The notes: generated by a model from the sequence alone, not told the origin. A stretch of 64,000 bases of DNA from Pelomyxa schiedti (GCA_020536535.1 JAHLWZ010000004.1:372001-436000); one strand, 5' to 3'; positions 1 through 11,295 are shown, counted from the first letter of the stretch. Program-made: numbers and translations.

Positions 1-954
1 ACCCAAGAACGAGCCACATTGACTGGCGCTATATGATACAGCAACTAGTTTTGTGCGTTGGCACTCTTACAGTTGAGTTGTGACTCTCTTCATTTTCTTG
101 CTCACATTCACGAAGGTACTGTATGTGCTGACAACCGAAGTGATTGCGCCAGTGCTCGAACAAGCAATTGTAAGTCCTCCTTTGGAGAGTGTGATGAAAT
201 TGTTGATTCCATTCCTTCTTGGGTACTTGCTGATGTGGTTCATGGTTTTTGACATTATTTTAACTGGTATGCTTGAAGCCTTTTCTTGTTCTTTCCCACA
301 AGTCACAGGGTTTGCTGAAATTTCCCGATTCAAACCAAGAGAGTTCTATCTCGATTGGTGGAATAGCACTACCTTCTCAGAGTATAATCGCAGATGGAAC
401 AAGCCAGTCCACGAATGGCTCACCAAATACGTCTACATTGAAGTAAGTTGACGCATGCCTGTAAAAACCCATCTTAATCCATCTCTCAGGTACAAAACAG
501 TTGGGGTTGCTCCAAAATTGTGGCTGGGCTGTGCACTTTCTTTGTATCTGCTATTGCACATGAATTGTTCTTCATTGTCACTTTTCGTATTGTGAGAATG
601 TACTGGTTGACTGTAAGCGTTTCAGCTAAAGTGTGAATTGTCTTATTTCCCAAAGCTTATGATGCTGCAAATGCCACTGTATATTCTGGGAGAAGGCCTC
701 CGGGACACAAAGCTTGGGAACTTTGTATGTTGCTTTTCTCCAAGAATGCTTCCGACTCAACAATATTGCAGATTTTCTGGCAAGGCATTGTGATAGGTAT
801 TCCCATGCAAGTCGTTATGTACGCCCGTGAAGCATTTGGCGGCTATTCCATGTTTTGGACTCTTCAATTCCCATGCATTTGCATTGCTAGTTCAGCCGCT
901 TTACTGGGAGGAGTTTTGATGCTGTTCTCAAACAACCACAAAAAACGAGTGTAA
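1..954 (+). CDS. MBOAT-family sterol/diacylglycerol O-acyltransferase (ACAT/DGAT1-like), 5' truncated, multi-exon
   Basis: Spliced translation contains [27 protein letters not shown] and FFVSAIAHE (catalytic His), both hallmark ACAT/DGAT1 motifs. Stop TAA ends at 954. Confidence 0.85.
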
Positions 955-1164
955 GCAAATAGTAAAAGAATTCAAAAAAAAAAAAACTCAAAATTTTTGT
1001 TTCCAAATATTTGTATCGAGGTCTGTCTCTTTTTGTCCAGGGGATTGGCCTCACAATCATGTCTCACTCTCCACCATAAACCACCCATTTGATTGGACCC
1101 ACAGTAATTCCTTTGAACTGCAAAGAAAGGAGATGACTGACAGGTACAAGGTAAATGGGGGTAT

Positions 1165-1244
1165 CTCTGCCTATCTGATACATCAGCCACAACGCGAACT
1201 GCTAAAGTGCATTTATAGCGCCGTGCGTCACACAGAAAGCAGAG
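1165..1244 (-). promoter_or_regulatory. Eukaryotic SECIS element (type II) in the SPS2 3'UTR
   Basis: Minus strand reads CUCUGCUUUCUG-UG-UGAC-GCACGGCGC-UAUAAA-UGC-ACUUUA-GCA-GUUC-GCGUUGUGGC-UGAU-GUAU-CAGAUAGGCAGAG. This gives about 12 bp helix I, a UGAC/UGAU non-Watson-Crick core, about 9 bp helix II, unpaired AAA and a 3-bp apical mini-stem. It lies 67 nt downstream of the SPS2 stop. Confidence 0.8.
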
Positions 1245-1311
1245 TACAGTCGATAGTGACCCAATCATGCTTGGCAAAGGCTGTGACTATGGAGACAGCT
1301 TGATTCTACCA

Positions 1312-2880
1312 TTAGGACACTTCAACAATGGTAACATTTGTCCTGATTGTTGCGCGAGGGACAGCGGAGGAAACGACCTGTTGGAGAGAAAGTGAGTACT
1401 TGAGGGACAATCACTGAACCATCTAGTACCTCTCCGACAATCCAGGCAGGATAGCCATCTATTGCCTGTAACTCCGAGCACATGGCTTGCGCTGCTGCAA
1501 GCGACGGTAGGCAAACGAGAAGTCCTCCAGAGGTCTCTGCTGATACTCCAACAAGGAGCCCAAAGTCGTAGGCATCATTTACGCGAGCCATGCCAGCTAT
1601 CACAGGTAGCGTGTGGATTTCAATGGAACAGGGAGTGGTCTGCTCCTTAGCCTTCCATTTTGTTAGTTTTTAGTTGGTATGGAGGAGGAAGCACACGAGA
1701 TTTTGAGAATGGCCAAGTATGCCAAACCCTGTCACATCTGTTGCTGCATGAGCTCCTGAAATTCGTTAGATGCAGCAATTGGTGGTGTCCCTACCATATT
1801 TGTGCATTAGCTCTGCGCCTGTCTTATTCAATCTAGACATGTTGGCTGCAGCAAGATTGTAAGCTCGTGTCACCTCTTCGGGAGTGATGATCCCTTTGAT
1901 CTCGTCCCACATTCCAGGAGTATTTGGCTTCTGTGCACACATCCATTGATGTGCGTTAACTGCTAACTGCGTACCCAGAGGTTTTGTGAGAATAACGATG
2001 TCCCCAGCAACAGCATGTATTGGTCTATTATGAAGTCAGAGAGTCCCAATTCAAAAGAAGATACCGTATTATTCCACTATCTGGCTGAACGGACATTGCA
2101 ACACCACCAATGATGGGCCTTTTGTTGGTTGAAAGGTTATTTTGTGAGTATATGAGTTATATACCAGGGATTTCGGACGCTTTGTCCTCCAGTTACCATG
2201 GTCCCTGCCTTTCGAGCAAGGTCTTGAGAAAATCAATTCACTGGAAGAAGATAATATCGGGAAAACCTGTGAAACCCTTCATCATCTGTGTTGTAACTAT
2301 TCTTCGGTGAGCAGGAGAAGGAATTTCCTCGGAGGATGCAAGTAGCATTAACATAGTATCACATCGAGTAATGCCCATACTGTACAAGTCCGACAACACA
2401 TTGGCACACCCAATCATGCCCTGAAAGGAAAAGTTAGGTGCCCACCTCCAATTCCAGAAAAAAAATAGGGTATCAGACTTGAACATAGGGATCATCAATT
2501 ACAGGATAGAAAAACTGCAAGGAGGTCAAAGGGCTCAAAAAAAAAAAAAAAAAAAAAAAAGCTCAAACAACTCACATCGGTAGTTGAAACCAAAAAGGTC
2601 CCGGGGGTAAATGTCTCCACAACAGAGCAATCTGATATCAAGGCAGCCTCGCACGCGGAAGGGGTCGTCGTCTCACTCGTGAACACAGTTTCTTTGAGCA
2701 ACTGATGCAGTTCTGACTGGGGTATCTTACACCCTGTTCCCACGGTCATTCACCCGTCCCATAACGAATACGCGGGGAAAAAACAGCGAGCGAGTCACCT
2801 CATCCTTTAAGCCTCGTGTAGTCCGTCAACTTAAACGTATCCGGCAGCCCGTAGGCAGACGGCGGCTGAATCTGTGCCAT
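1312..2880 (-). CDS. SEPHS2: Selenophosphate synthetase 2 (selenoprotein; in-frame UGA = Sec at 2802-2800), multi-exon
   Basis: Exon 1 MAQIQPPSAYGLPDTFKLTDYTRLKG-TGA-G, intron 2798-2734, then GCKIPQ gives the LKGUGCK motif. Further SPS motifs: GCANVLSDLYSMG, VTGGQS, LTKPLGTQ, AATDVTGFGILGH, SAETSGGLL. C-terminus ...VVSSAVPRATIRTNVTIVEVS*. Confidence 0.95.
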
Positions 2881-3149
2881 TACAACAAAAGCACCGAAAC
2901 TTTTTACTACTTTTGAAATTTCGCTTCTTCAACTTCTTGTATCTCAGAATCAGCAGTACGGTACTTCCATACAGTTTGTTGGTCACCCTAACTGCTACTA
3001 TCCATAGGTTGTGCTACTCAACCCTTATAACGCTCTCTCATACCCGCCAAGCAAAGAAGTGACACCTGTGTGGACATCAGAGAACCCCAGCCCGCACGAC
3101 CTGTCGTTGGGTGGCACCCAATGCAGTAGCTAGCTGACCCCTCAGCTAA

Positions 3150-3660
3150 AGAGAAAGAAACCACCTGTGATGGCCACAATTCACATTCACATTCACACAA
3201 GCCCAAGCAAGATTCAATATGTGAATTGTTGTATATCTGCATCTCAGAGAGGGGCCACACTAAAGTCACCACCACGAATTGGCTATGCAAATCACCCAAC
3301 AACAGAATCAACAGGTCTGGTTAGCACTCCCCACCAGGTGTATCTTGCTTTAGTGCTCATCAATATCACTCAAATGCAAAATGAATAGTAACAATAATGA
3401 CAATGCTGGCAACCAGAAATGAAATTGGTGTGGCAACAAGCATTTCACATGTCCATGATTAATAAACAAAGCATGCTTGGCACCCAATTGAGTCTCAAAA
3501 GCTTTCTCCCACTGTGACCATCATCACACAGCACCACCAAACAGCCAGACACCACACTAGCACCCCAACACCCTTGCTTTCAACAACTAATAGTAACTTA
3601 AGGATGCCAAAAGCAACAACACAAAAAAAAACCAAGACACAATAACAAGAACACATGTGT
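3150..3660 (+). pseudogene. Decayed low-complexity coding remnant (CpG-eroded)
   Basis: One frame reads HNSHSHSHKPKQDS... with several stops, consistent with RNSRSRSRKPKRDS after CpG->CpA changes. I count only 1 CpG in 3181-3660. Confidence 0.3.
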
Positions 3661-3889
3661 TGTAGTGTACTTCAAAATCGAATCAGTGTCGACGTGGAAA
3701 AGCAACTGTGATCTATCTATATTGACTAGCTCCCCTCCGCATTCTGCTGTCTCCGCTAGTGCTACGACTTGGTTGGTTTTCTGCCTGGGTGTGTGGTGGG
3801 CTGTGATGTGATGATTATGGGAGCTATTAGGGCTTTCTATTTTATGCGGCTATTCTTATGGTAATGATAATATGCTTTCAATTTAATCA

Positions 3890-6061
3890 ATTAATGCTCA
3901 TTAACTACTCCAGATGTTAGTGGGTCTATGTGTGTTACGAGTGAGGTTCCAACAACGAGAAGAGGGAAGTCAAAGTATGTTTCAAGGCTGGAGTGCGGGC
4001 AGCAAGCAGTTACTTCACAATTGGTTGCACTGGCTTCCGCTAATAAAAACTGCAGGGTCGAGCTAGGTATACCTCCTTGCCACCATAAATACCACTTAAG
4101 ATCCATCCGCACTTGACAAGTGCAGTCACTTTTAGTGATGACGTGAGCATTTTTGGTGATGGAACAAATACCTGTGTTACTGTTGCTGGGGATAAGCTTA
4201 ATGACTGGGATCAGAAAGTAATAAAATCCCCACTGTCTTAGTTCCAATCGTAGAAATCTGGGTTCACAGTCAGCCTCCTCATAGCATCATCCTCCTCTTT
4301 TTGTTTTTGTAGTATAAATGCAAATTAAATGTGTTGCCAAACAACTAGGGAAAACTTTGTAACTATCAATTGTTAGCTGCCCCCATACTAGTTGCCTCTC
4401 TGATATAATAGCCCGCTGGTGATCTCACTCAAAATTAGATACCACTTTATTGAACACAACCACACATTGAAGTGGCAACAAACAGTTTTACTGTGTACTG
4501 TTGGGTTGAATTTGCTTATTTACTATCAAGACACACAGCCCAGTCTCAGAGTTGTCGTCAAATAGCACTTGCCTCAAAATGGTGCCGCTACAAAGCTAAC
4601 CAGCAACAACACTCCAACTTGGTGCTGGACTGTCATGGCACTCTAATTGCACCCAAGGAATTATGGTTGAACTTCTAGAATAACATTCATTAGGTAAGAG
4701 CCTTAACCAACCTCTGGCCACACTGTCAGCATACCCTTCTAATTGTTTGTAAAAAGAAGAATCAAGACGCAGTTTAACGCCATGTGCATTGGCAATATTT
4801 TGGGTCATCCTGCGGTCTTGAATCTGTTAAATATTAATTATTTAAATACAAGCAAATGATTCTGAGACGCATACAGTCTTAAGATTAGCCTCAGTGGTAA
4901 ACAGAGCCAGAGCTTTTTCTTTAGTGAACTGGTTTTTGCCACTTGATGGAAACCCAGGTCCTTGGCATATTTTCTGTTAAACCAGTGGAAAAGAGAAGTC
5001 CATAGCATAGTTTCCAAGTTGGAGAGGTGCTGGAGGTGGAATCTCTAAGAACCGGTTCATTCTTTCGTGGGAGACATTGTCTACTCCTCCAGTAGGAGCT
5101 TCCAGTGGACTGTACCGGTTGGGGGCACACTCTTACGCCTTGTAGGCAGGGCTTCCGGTCTTTCCCACTCACCCTTGAGTGTGTATACACTTCTCCCTGT
5201 GCTGAATCCACAATGCTTGTTTCTTCTTCAAGTTCTTCGTCGGGTTGTTCTTTGAGTTCTTCTTCGAGTTCTTGGAACTCTTTGTGCTCTCTGATTTCGT
5301 CTTCAAGATCTTCTTGGAAATTTGCTTTTGGTTGGTGTAATATAGATCGGTGTTCGGCGGGCAAAGTCTGCTCTTTGTTTCCAGTCTGTCTTTCTGAAGT
5401 GTAAGTGGTTTCATCCTCACCCAGTTGGTTTGCCTTGGTCTGATGTTCGACAAGGGGATGGACTGAACACCACTTTTGGTTTTTTCTTTTGTTGGCTGGA
5501 TGGGGACTGATGTTTTTTGCAGCTTTCTTTCTCTGTTTTGTGGAGAAGTGGAGATAGGTCCGTGGTTCTTGCGGCACTGAACTTCGGAGGTTTTCTTGGT
5601 TCTTCCAGTTCAGATTTCCTAAGGCGTTTACTGGGAGATACCTCCTGCGCCGAATTATCAGCAGTACTAGGCTTGCTGGAACTAGTACTAGTAGTTGTAT
5701 ATGTTGTGGTAGTAGAAGATGATGGCGAGGACTTTGGCACTGAGGAAGCAGAGTTTTGGTGACCAGCAAGTGGCAGGTTCACTCCAATGGATTCAATTGA
5801 GTCAGTAGGGCTCCTCCTTCATGGCACAGTTGGCTCCGCCACCCAATAATTATCTCTTGCATCATAAGTATCATCGGCGCCATCTTGATCCGCAGCAGTA
5901 CTCACTTCTTTCCTCATCCCAGCTGCTGCTGGAAAGTGCCCCGATTGTGCTGGCATTGATACACGCGGAAGCGGCGCGAATGGCGACGATAGCTTGGCCC
6001 TTTTCTCCAGTATTAGCAAAGCGTGAGGGCGACGATGGTGCTTATCGTTTTTGGTCGTCAT
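3890..6061 (-). pseudogene. Multi-exon gene of unknown function with low-complexity S/K-rich and acidic segments; interrupted by in-frame stops (probable pseudogene)
   Basis: ORFs 5819..6061 and 5417..5782 are in the same frame, separated by a single TGA. An acidic segment (QEDLEDEIREHKEFQELEEELKEQ) and exon-like blocks (PLEAPTGGVDNVSHERMNRFLEIPP; IQDRRMTQNIANAHGVKLRLD) follow with plausible GT-AG introns. The 3' end is uncertain. Confidence 0.3.
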
Positions 6062-6176
6062 TCGCGTCCCTGTAGTTCCTGACCACCATTCACGGGGTTG
6101 TTCTTCTGATTTGAGTATCCAGGGAAACGGAGGATTCTCGGAAATACCAACTTAAGTTTATTGTAATCTGAACCAC

Positions 6177-7868
6177 ATGGGTATTGATACCGGTGTTGTG
6201 GTTGCTGAGGAGGAAATCGAGGGTGTGCTCAAAACGATGACCGACGAGCAGTTAACAGGTTAGGTCCGGCTGCCGTTTTTGCCAGCGACATCGTGGGTGC
6301 TTCGGGATTCCCACACGACGTTTTAGGGTTTCTCCGTGAGGCTTCTTCCAAGTTGGGTCGCATGGTCACAATTTTGTCGTCGTGGCATCCAGATATACCT
6401 CTCCCTGTCAAGCCAATGAAGCGACCAAGGGTTGTGTTTTCTGATTCTTTTTCGCTTTATTCCTCTCTTGCCAATTGGATTGTGGGTGGACTAATTCGGT
6501 CTCGAAATAGTGTTGTTCTGCTCTTGAAGTTTTATGGCAGTATTTGCACAGTGAAACTAGGCTTGTGAAAGGAAATCTGTTTTGGACGATCCACATGGCA
6601 AAAACTACAGTTCACGTTGTGCCAGGCCAAACATCTTACATTTTATTTACTGGCATTCAAAAAACTAGATTTCCTCTGGCAAAGATACTGGCAAAAAAGA
6701 CAAAAACAAGCCTGTCACGTTTGAAAGTGCCGCTGAAGCAACAAGCTTCATGCATGAGCAAATATCTAAACAAAAATCCCTTGGATTTGGTGTCCCACCT
6801 GCAGTTCAAATCGTCGATCGGCTCATAGCAACAAAATATGGCCCTGATTTTCGACCTCCACCAAAAGATACAAATGAAGAGGAGGAGAGTTGCTTTGAGG
6901 AAGTCGAGGATGATGAGGATGATGAAGAGGAAGAAGAAGACGATGATGACGAGGCTGCAGAAGAGGCAACTACCAAGAATGGTACAAGTGACAATGAGGT
7001 GTCAAGTTCCCCAAAACCCAAAGACCCCCCTTCTAAGAGAGCAAGAACAGTTGTAATTGAGAGCAACTCTGGCAGTATTGAGAGTCACAACGGTATATCT
7101 GAACTGCTTGTACTCAACCTCACCAATTTTAGATGCACAACTTCACGTACCCCTTGAAGGAATAATGAAACTACCTCCAAATTTTGTGGTGCAGGTCTTT
7201 TCCTACTTGAGCCCAAAGGACCTATGCTCTTCGAGTTCGGTTTGTCACTATTGGCATCAGCTGTGCTCCGCTGATATCATATGGAACCAGTGTTACCTCA
7301 GAACCTGGCCTGATGCAGATCCCACAAGAATTAAAAAGGTACCGTGACATCAACTTTGTGGGGGAGGTGTAACGGGCTACAGATTTGGAAATTTTTCGCC
7401 AAGGGTAAAACTACCTGGAAAAGAGCCGTACTTGCACAGTACAACTGGGATTTATATTCTTCCTATTGTTCCTATTGTAACTTTGATGTTGCCGGTGCTG
7501 CAGCCGAGTACATTGTTGCCAGAGCCAACAGGAAACACAAAGGCTGTGATTCTGACAGCCCTCTGGATCACCTATTGCATAGCAAATCCTATGGTGAAGA
7601 AGTATTCTATGGTCCGGTGTACATGTACAACTCCAGTGCAGTTGCACACCTTAATGAGCTGCTTGGGGCAATATCCAATTTCACCAGTGCAGAAGAATTC
7701 TGGACACCTGAGGAAAAAGGCTGGCCCAGAACACTTGGGGGAATCTGCCCCTCCTGTGATACTCAGTCAGAGGATGCCCTTCTTGTTGCCCACCACGTTA
7801 CCAGTTTAAAGATGATTGCGCAAGCAGCAGGGACCCGCCACTGTGCCCTCCTGAAGTACCTGGACTGA
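6177..7868 (+). CDS. F-box protein with acidic N-terminal linker, multi-exon
   Basis: F-box motif LPPNFVVQVFSYLSPKDLCSSSSVCHYWHQLCSADIIW. Poly-E/D tract at about 6880-6965. Proposed first exon MGIDTGVVVAEEEIEG from 6177. Last exon ends CALLKYLD* at 7868. Confidence 0.75.
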
Positions 7869-8396
7869 ATGGGTACCGTTTCTTTCAACAATGTAAGGAA
7901 TAGGAACAAGAAAGCAATTTTGGTTGCAGATGAAGAGTTTCAACTACGAATATATTCGAAGCTATCCCAACAGTAAGATAAAGGATCAGCCCACTTGGTC
8001 GTGGGCCAGTGCTCCCTCGGTTAACCGTACCAAGTTAAAACCCAGTTAACAGTTAACCAGGAACCCAGTTAAGCAAACCCTTAACAAAAATTTTCTGAGA
8101 AATATCAATCACTTCGGTGTTTGTGTTAGTAGTACTGGTAGCATGTCAAAACGAGGACCTGCTGCAACGTCTCAAGTCAAGCAATAAAAATAGTTACCAC
8201 TTGGAAAGAGCACATAAATTTGTCAAAAAGTCCCAACAACCAACACCAACAGCAACCAACACCAACAGCAACAAACAATCGACAAGTATGTCCAAGCAGT
8301 TCTTGCTGACAGGATACCCGGACTTAGCAAAAATCAACTTGTTTTCCCTTTTCCCACCAACATCCTTATTCAGCACAGGTAGCTTTAGCATTTGCC

Positions 8397-8815
8397 ATGC
8401 CTGGACTTCCCTTTTCCATGCTCTCTTCCCCTTATTTCCGTCGTATCCTGAGCCCTGAGAAGATTTATGGGGCATCACCTGAAAAGGTTAGTAAATACTA
8501 ATATCATGTATGGAGGATGTTAAAATCGAAAAGATTCATGCTTGGATTAATCTACTGTATTAATGGCTTCGGAAAGGCCTCACTGAGTTTGTGGCAGCTC
8601 ATGAAGCTGTGGATTAGTTGCAGAGAAGTACCCCCAATGGATGAAGCGTGGTCTGCTACCAGTATCTAGCAAGGTACCTCGTGCTGAACTTACATCTCAG
8701 CTATTGGCACAGCTATCCAAACATGTGTCCAAGACTGATCCAATACAACTTGGGTGTGCAAAGACTTGTCTCACTTGCTCAAACTACTGGCTGGCATCTT
8801 TGGCTATTTCTCCAC
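8397..8815 (+). mobile_element. Possible highly degenerate hAT-like transposase remnant
   Basis: Stop-riddled peptides GLPFSMLSSPYFRRIL, DEAWS and WVCKDLSHLLKLL loosely resemble hAT LPF..VE...F, D.W and C..H.L.L motifs. The region is CpG-poor and I found no terminal inverted repeats. Weak call. Confidence 0.2.
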
Positions 8816-8817
8816 TT

Positions 8818-9060
8818 GTTGACAAAGATATCCGCACCCGCTTCAACAGAGACCTCACGGGCGACCTGAGGGCCCTCGCTTTGCTCCGCAGGGCCTGCGA
8901 CAAGACCTAAGTCAATGTTGAAGGGTTGTTCGATGGCATCCACAACATCCGCTGTAACTCGCTCAACTTTTGAAGAGCTCACCAAGGAACTCTTCAGAAG
9001 AGCCTTGGAACCAATAGGCAAAGTACTAGAAGACCCCAAGCTGAAGAAGAAGAGAAATGC
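8818..9060 (+). pseudogene. Hsp70 nucleotide-binding-domain gene fragment
   Basis: DIRTRFNRDLTGDLRALALLRRACDKT*VNVEGLFDGI /frameshift/ TRSTFEELTKELFRRALEPIGKVLED matches Hsp70 subdomain IIB/IIA. It contains a stop, a deletion and a frameshift. Confidence 0.8.
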
Positions 9061-9233
9061 AAGTGAAGAGCCTGTGAAAAAACGTACAAGGAAGTCCAGG
9101 AAGCAACCCAACCTGGCAGGTGGTCCTCATTGGAGCTCACCAAGGAACTCTTCAGAAGAGCCTTGGAACCAATAGGCAAAGTACTAGAAGACCCCAAGCT
9201 GAAGAAGAAGAGAAATGCAAGTGAAGAGCCTGT
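8975..9233. repeat. Exact 101-bp direct repeat (8975-9075 and 9133-9233)
   Basis: gagctcaccaaggaactc...aagtgaagagcctgt occurs twice with a 158-bp period. Confidence 0.95.
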
Positions 9234-9522
9234 ATTGTACCCCTTTATTTTGTTTTTCTTTTGTGGGAATTGGTGGGTATCGTGAGGGTATGTTGCTTCA
9301 ATTTCTGTATTGTAGTCTTCTTTTGCGTGCGTACGGAAAAGAGGACAATGAGAGTGGAACAGTTGCGATTTGATATCAATTAACTTCTTTATAAATCTTC
9401 GGCCGGAAGTTTTGGCAAAACGAAAAAAGTACCGCAAGTACGAAGCCAACAACGATCGGTATAGCAAACCCGAACCCCCCCTTTTTTCCGTTTCCCGTGC
9501 ACTGAGCCACTTCACAACAAAG

Positions 9523-11295
9523 ATGGATAAGTCACACAAGTCACTTCCACATGATGTGCTCTGGCGCTGCATGCTGACTGGAAGGGGTGCTGGGAGAACA
9601 CACCCGCGTGCCTTTGAGTGCCACTTCCGTGTTGGTCAGCGGGAACCAAGGGGAATTTCTCTCTTCCAGTCGATGGCCGAGGACCAGCACGATCCCAAAA
9701 TGCTCTGGATGCTTGGGGAGTTCTACCTGCGGGGGCAGGGAACAGACCCTGACCCAATCAAGGGCCTGCAGTACTTATACAAGGCCGCGGATGCCGGCAG
9801 TGTTCCTGCATTATGGGCCATATCCCAGTGCTACTTCACCGGCATGTACGGAATCGAGAAAGATTACGCCAAATCTGTTCCTTTTCTCCAGCGCGGAGCT
9901 GATGCCGGAGATCCGGATGCGCTGTATATTCTTGGAAACTGCTTCTTGGGCGGAATGGGAGTGGCTGAAGATCATAGCAAAGCGGCTGCTTTATTTCAGA
10001 AAGCTGCCGATCTTGGACTTCCTGAGGCATGCGTGGATCTTGGAAAACTTTACCTTCAGGGTAAAGGCGTTCCGGTTGATGAGAGAAAGGCCTTTCCTCT
10101 TTTGCAGAGGGTTGTAAATGATCCCAAGGTTGGATGGGAGGCTCAGCTCAATCTCTGTGACTTCTACTTGTATGGTATGGAAGGAGTGCAACGGGACGTG
10201 CAGAAAGGTCTGTTGTATTTGCAGAAAGCTGTTCAGAAAGGCGATCCAGAAGGTTTATTTCGCCTGGGCCAATGTTACAACGTTGGAGTTGGAGTCGAGA
10301 GAGATATCAAAAAGGCAGTAGAGCTTTTTCAGCGGTCTGTGGAAGGTGGTTGTGCTACCGCAATGTACAGCCTCAGCGAGCACTACCTGAAGGGTGATTG
10401 CGTTCCACGTGACCCAGTAAAAGCTATTTCACTTCTGCAGAATTCTGTTGAGATGAACGATCGACAAGGATTATGGCGCCTCGGCAGATGTTATGACACT
10501 GGAGAAGGAGTCACGAAAGATGTAAGAAAGGCAGTTGAACTTTACCAGAGGTCTGTGGGACGTGGTTGCGTATTAGCAATGTACAACCTCAGCAAGCACT
10601 ACATGAGCGGCGAAGGCGTTACATTTGACCCTGAACAAGCAGTCTCGCTTCTAGAGAGAGCTTCAGAACATGGATACACTCCGGCAATGTGTAAACTTGC
10701 TCACTATTACAAGGAGGGAAAGGGAGTTGATGTGGATATTGGGAGGGCAATTTCGCTCTTGAATAAGGCCGCTGACGCCGGATATATTAAAGCAATGAAC
10801 GAACTCAGTGTCAATTACAGCTTGGGACAAGGTATTCCCATTGACATGAATCGCGCCGCTTCGCTGATTCAAAGAGCATACGATATGGGGAGCAATGAGG
10901 CCGCAATCGCACTTGGATGGGGTCTGTTGATGGGTGCTTACGACATGACACGCAACGTCCAAAGAGCCATTCCAATCCTGAAGAAAGCATCTGAAGAGTC
11001 ATCTGATGCCAAAACCATGTTGGCAATGTGCTATGAATGTGGCGTGGGCGTGGCCAAAGACATGAACATGGCCAACTCCCTCTTCCAACAAGTCATTGAC
11101 AAGGGCTACACAGAGGCTATCTTCAAGGTTGGTGCATACTTAGAATCCGGTGCCTTGCATGGGCCAAAAGACATCGCCAGAGCGTTTCAACTTTACAGAA
11201 GGGCTGCTTGTGCTGGAGACCAAAGGGCACAGGCCAGGTTTTCTTCACTCTTGAGCTTGTGCTTGAACGTGTTTGAGGAGCTTTCGAGTACGTAG
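9523..11295 (+). CDS. Sel1-like repeat (SLR) protein, about 14 repeats, intronless
   Basis: Uninterrupted ORF with repeated A...LG.CY..G.GV..D..KA..L.QKA...G units. ATG at 9523 (MDKSHK) is taken as the likely start. Confidence 0.92.
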   Translation: MDKSHKSLPHDVLWRCMLTGRGAGRTHPRAFECHFRVGQREPRGISLFQSMAEDQHDPKMLWMLGEFYLRGQGTDPDPIKGLQYLYKAADAGSVPALWAISQCYFTGMYGIEKDYAKSVPFLQRGADAGDPDALYILGNCFLGGMGVAEDHSKAAALFQKAADLGLPEACVDLGKLYLQGKGVPVDERKAFPLLQRVVNDPKVGWEAQLNLCDFYLYGMEGVQRDVQKGLLYLQKAVQKGDPEGLFRLGQCYNVGVGVERDIKKAVELFQRSVEGGCATAMYSLSEHYLKGDCVPRDPVKAISLLQNSVEMNDRQGLWRLGRCYDTGEGVTKDVRKAVELYQRSVGRGCVLAMYNLSKHYMSGEGVTFDPEQAVSLLERASEHGYTPAMCKLAHYYKEGKGVDVDIGRAISLLNKAADAGYIKAMNELSVNYSLGQGIPIDMNRAASLIQRAYDMGSNEAAIALGWGLLMGAYDMTRNVQRAIPILKKASEESSDAKTMLAMCYECGVGVAKDMNMANSLFQQVIDKGYTEAIFKVGAYLESGALHGPKDIARAFQLYRRAACAGDQRAQARFSSLLSLCLNVFEELSST

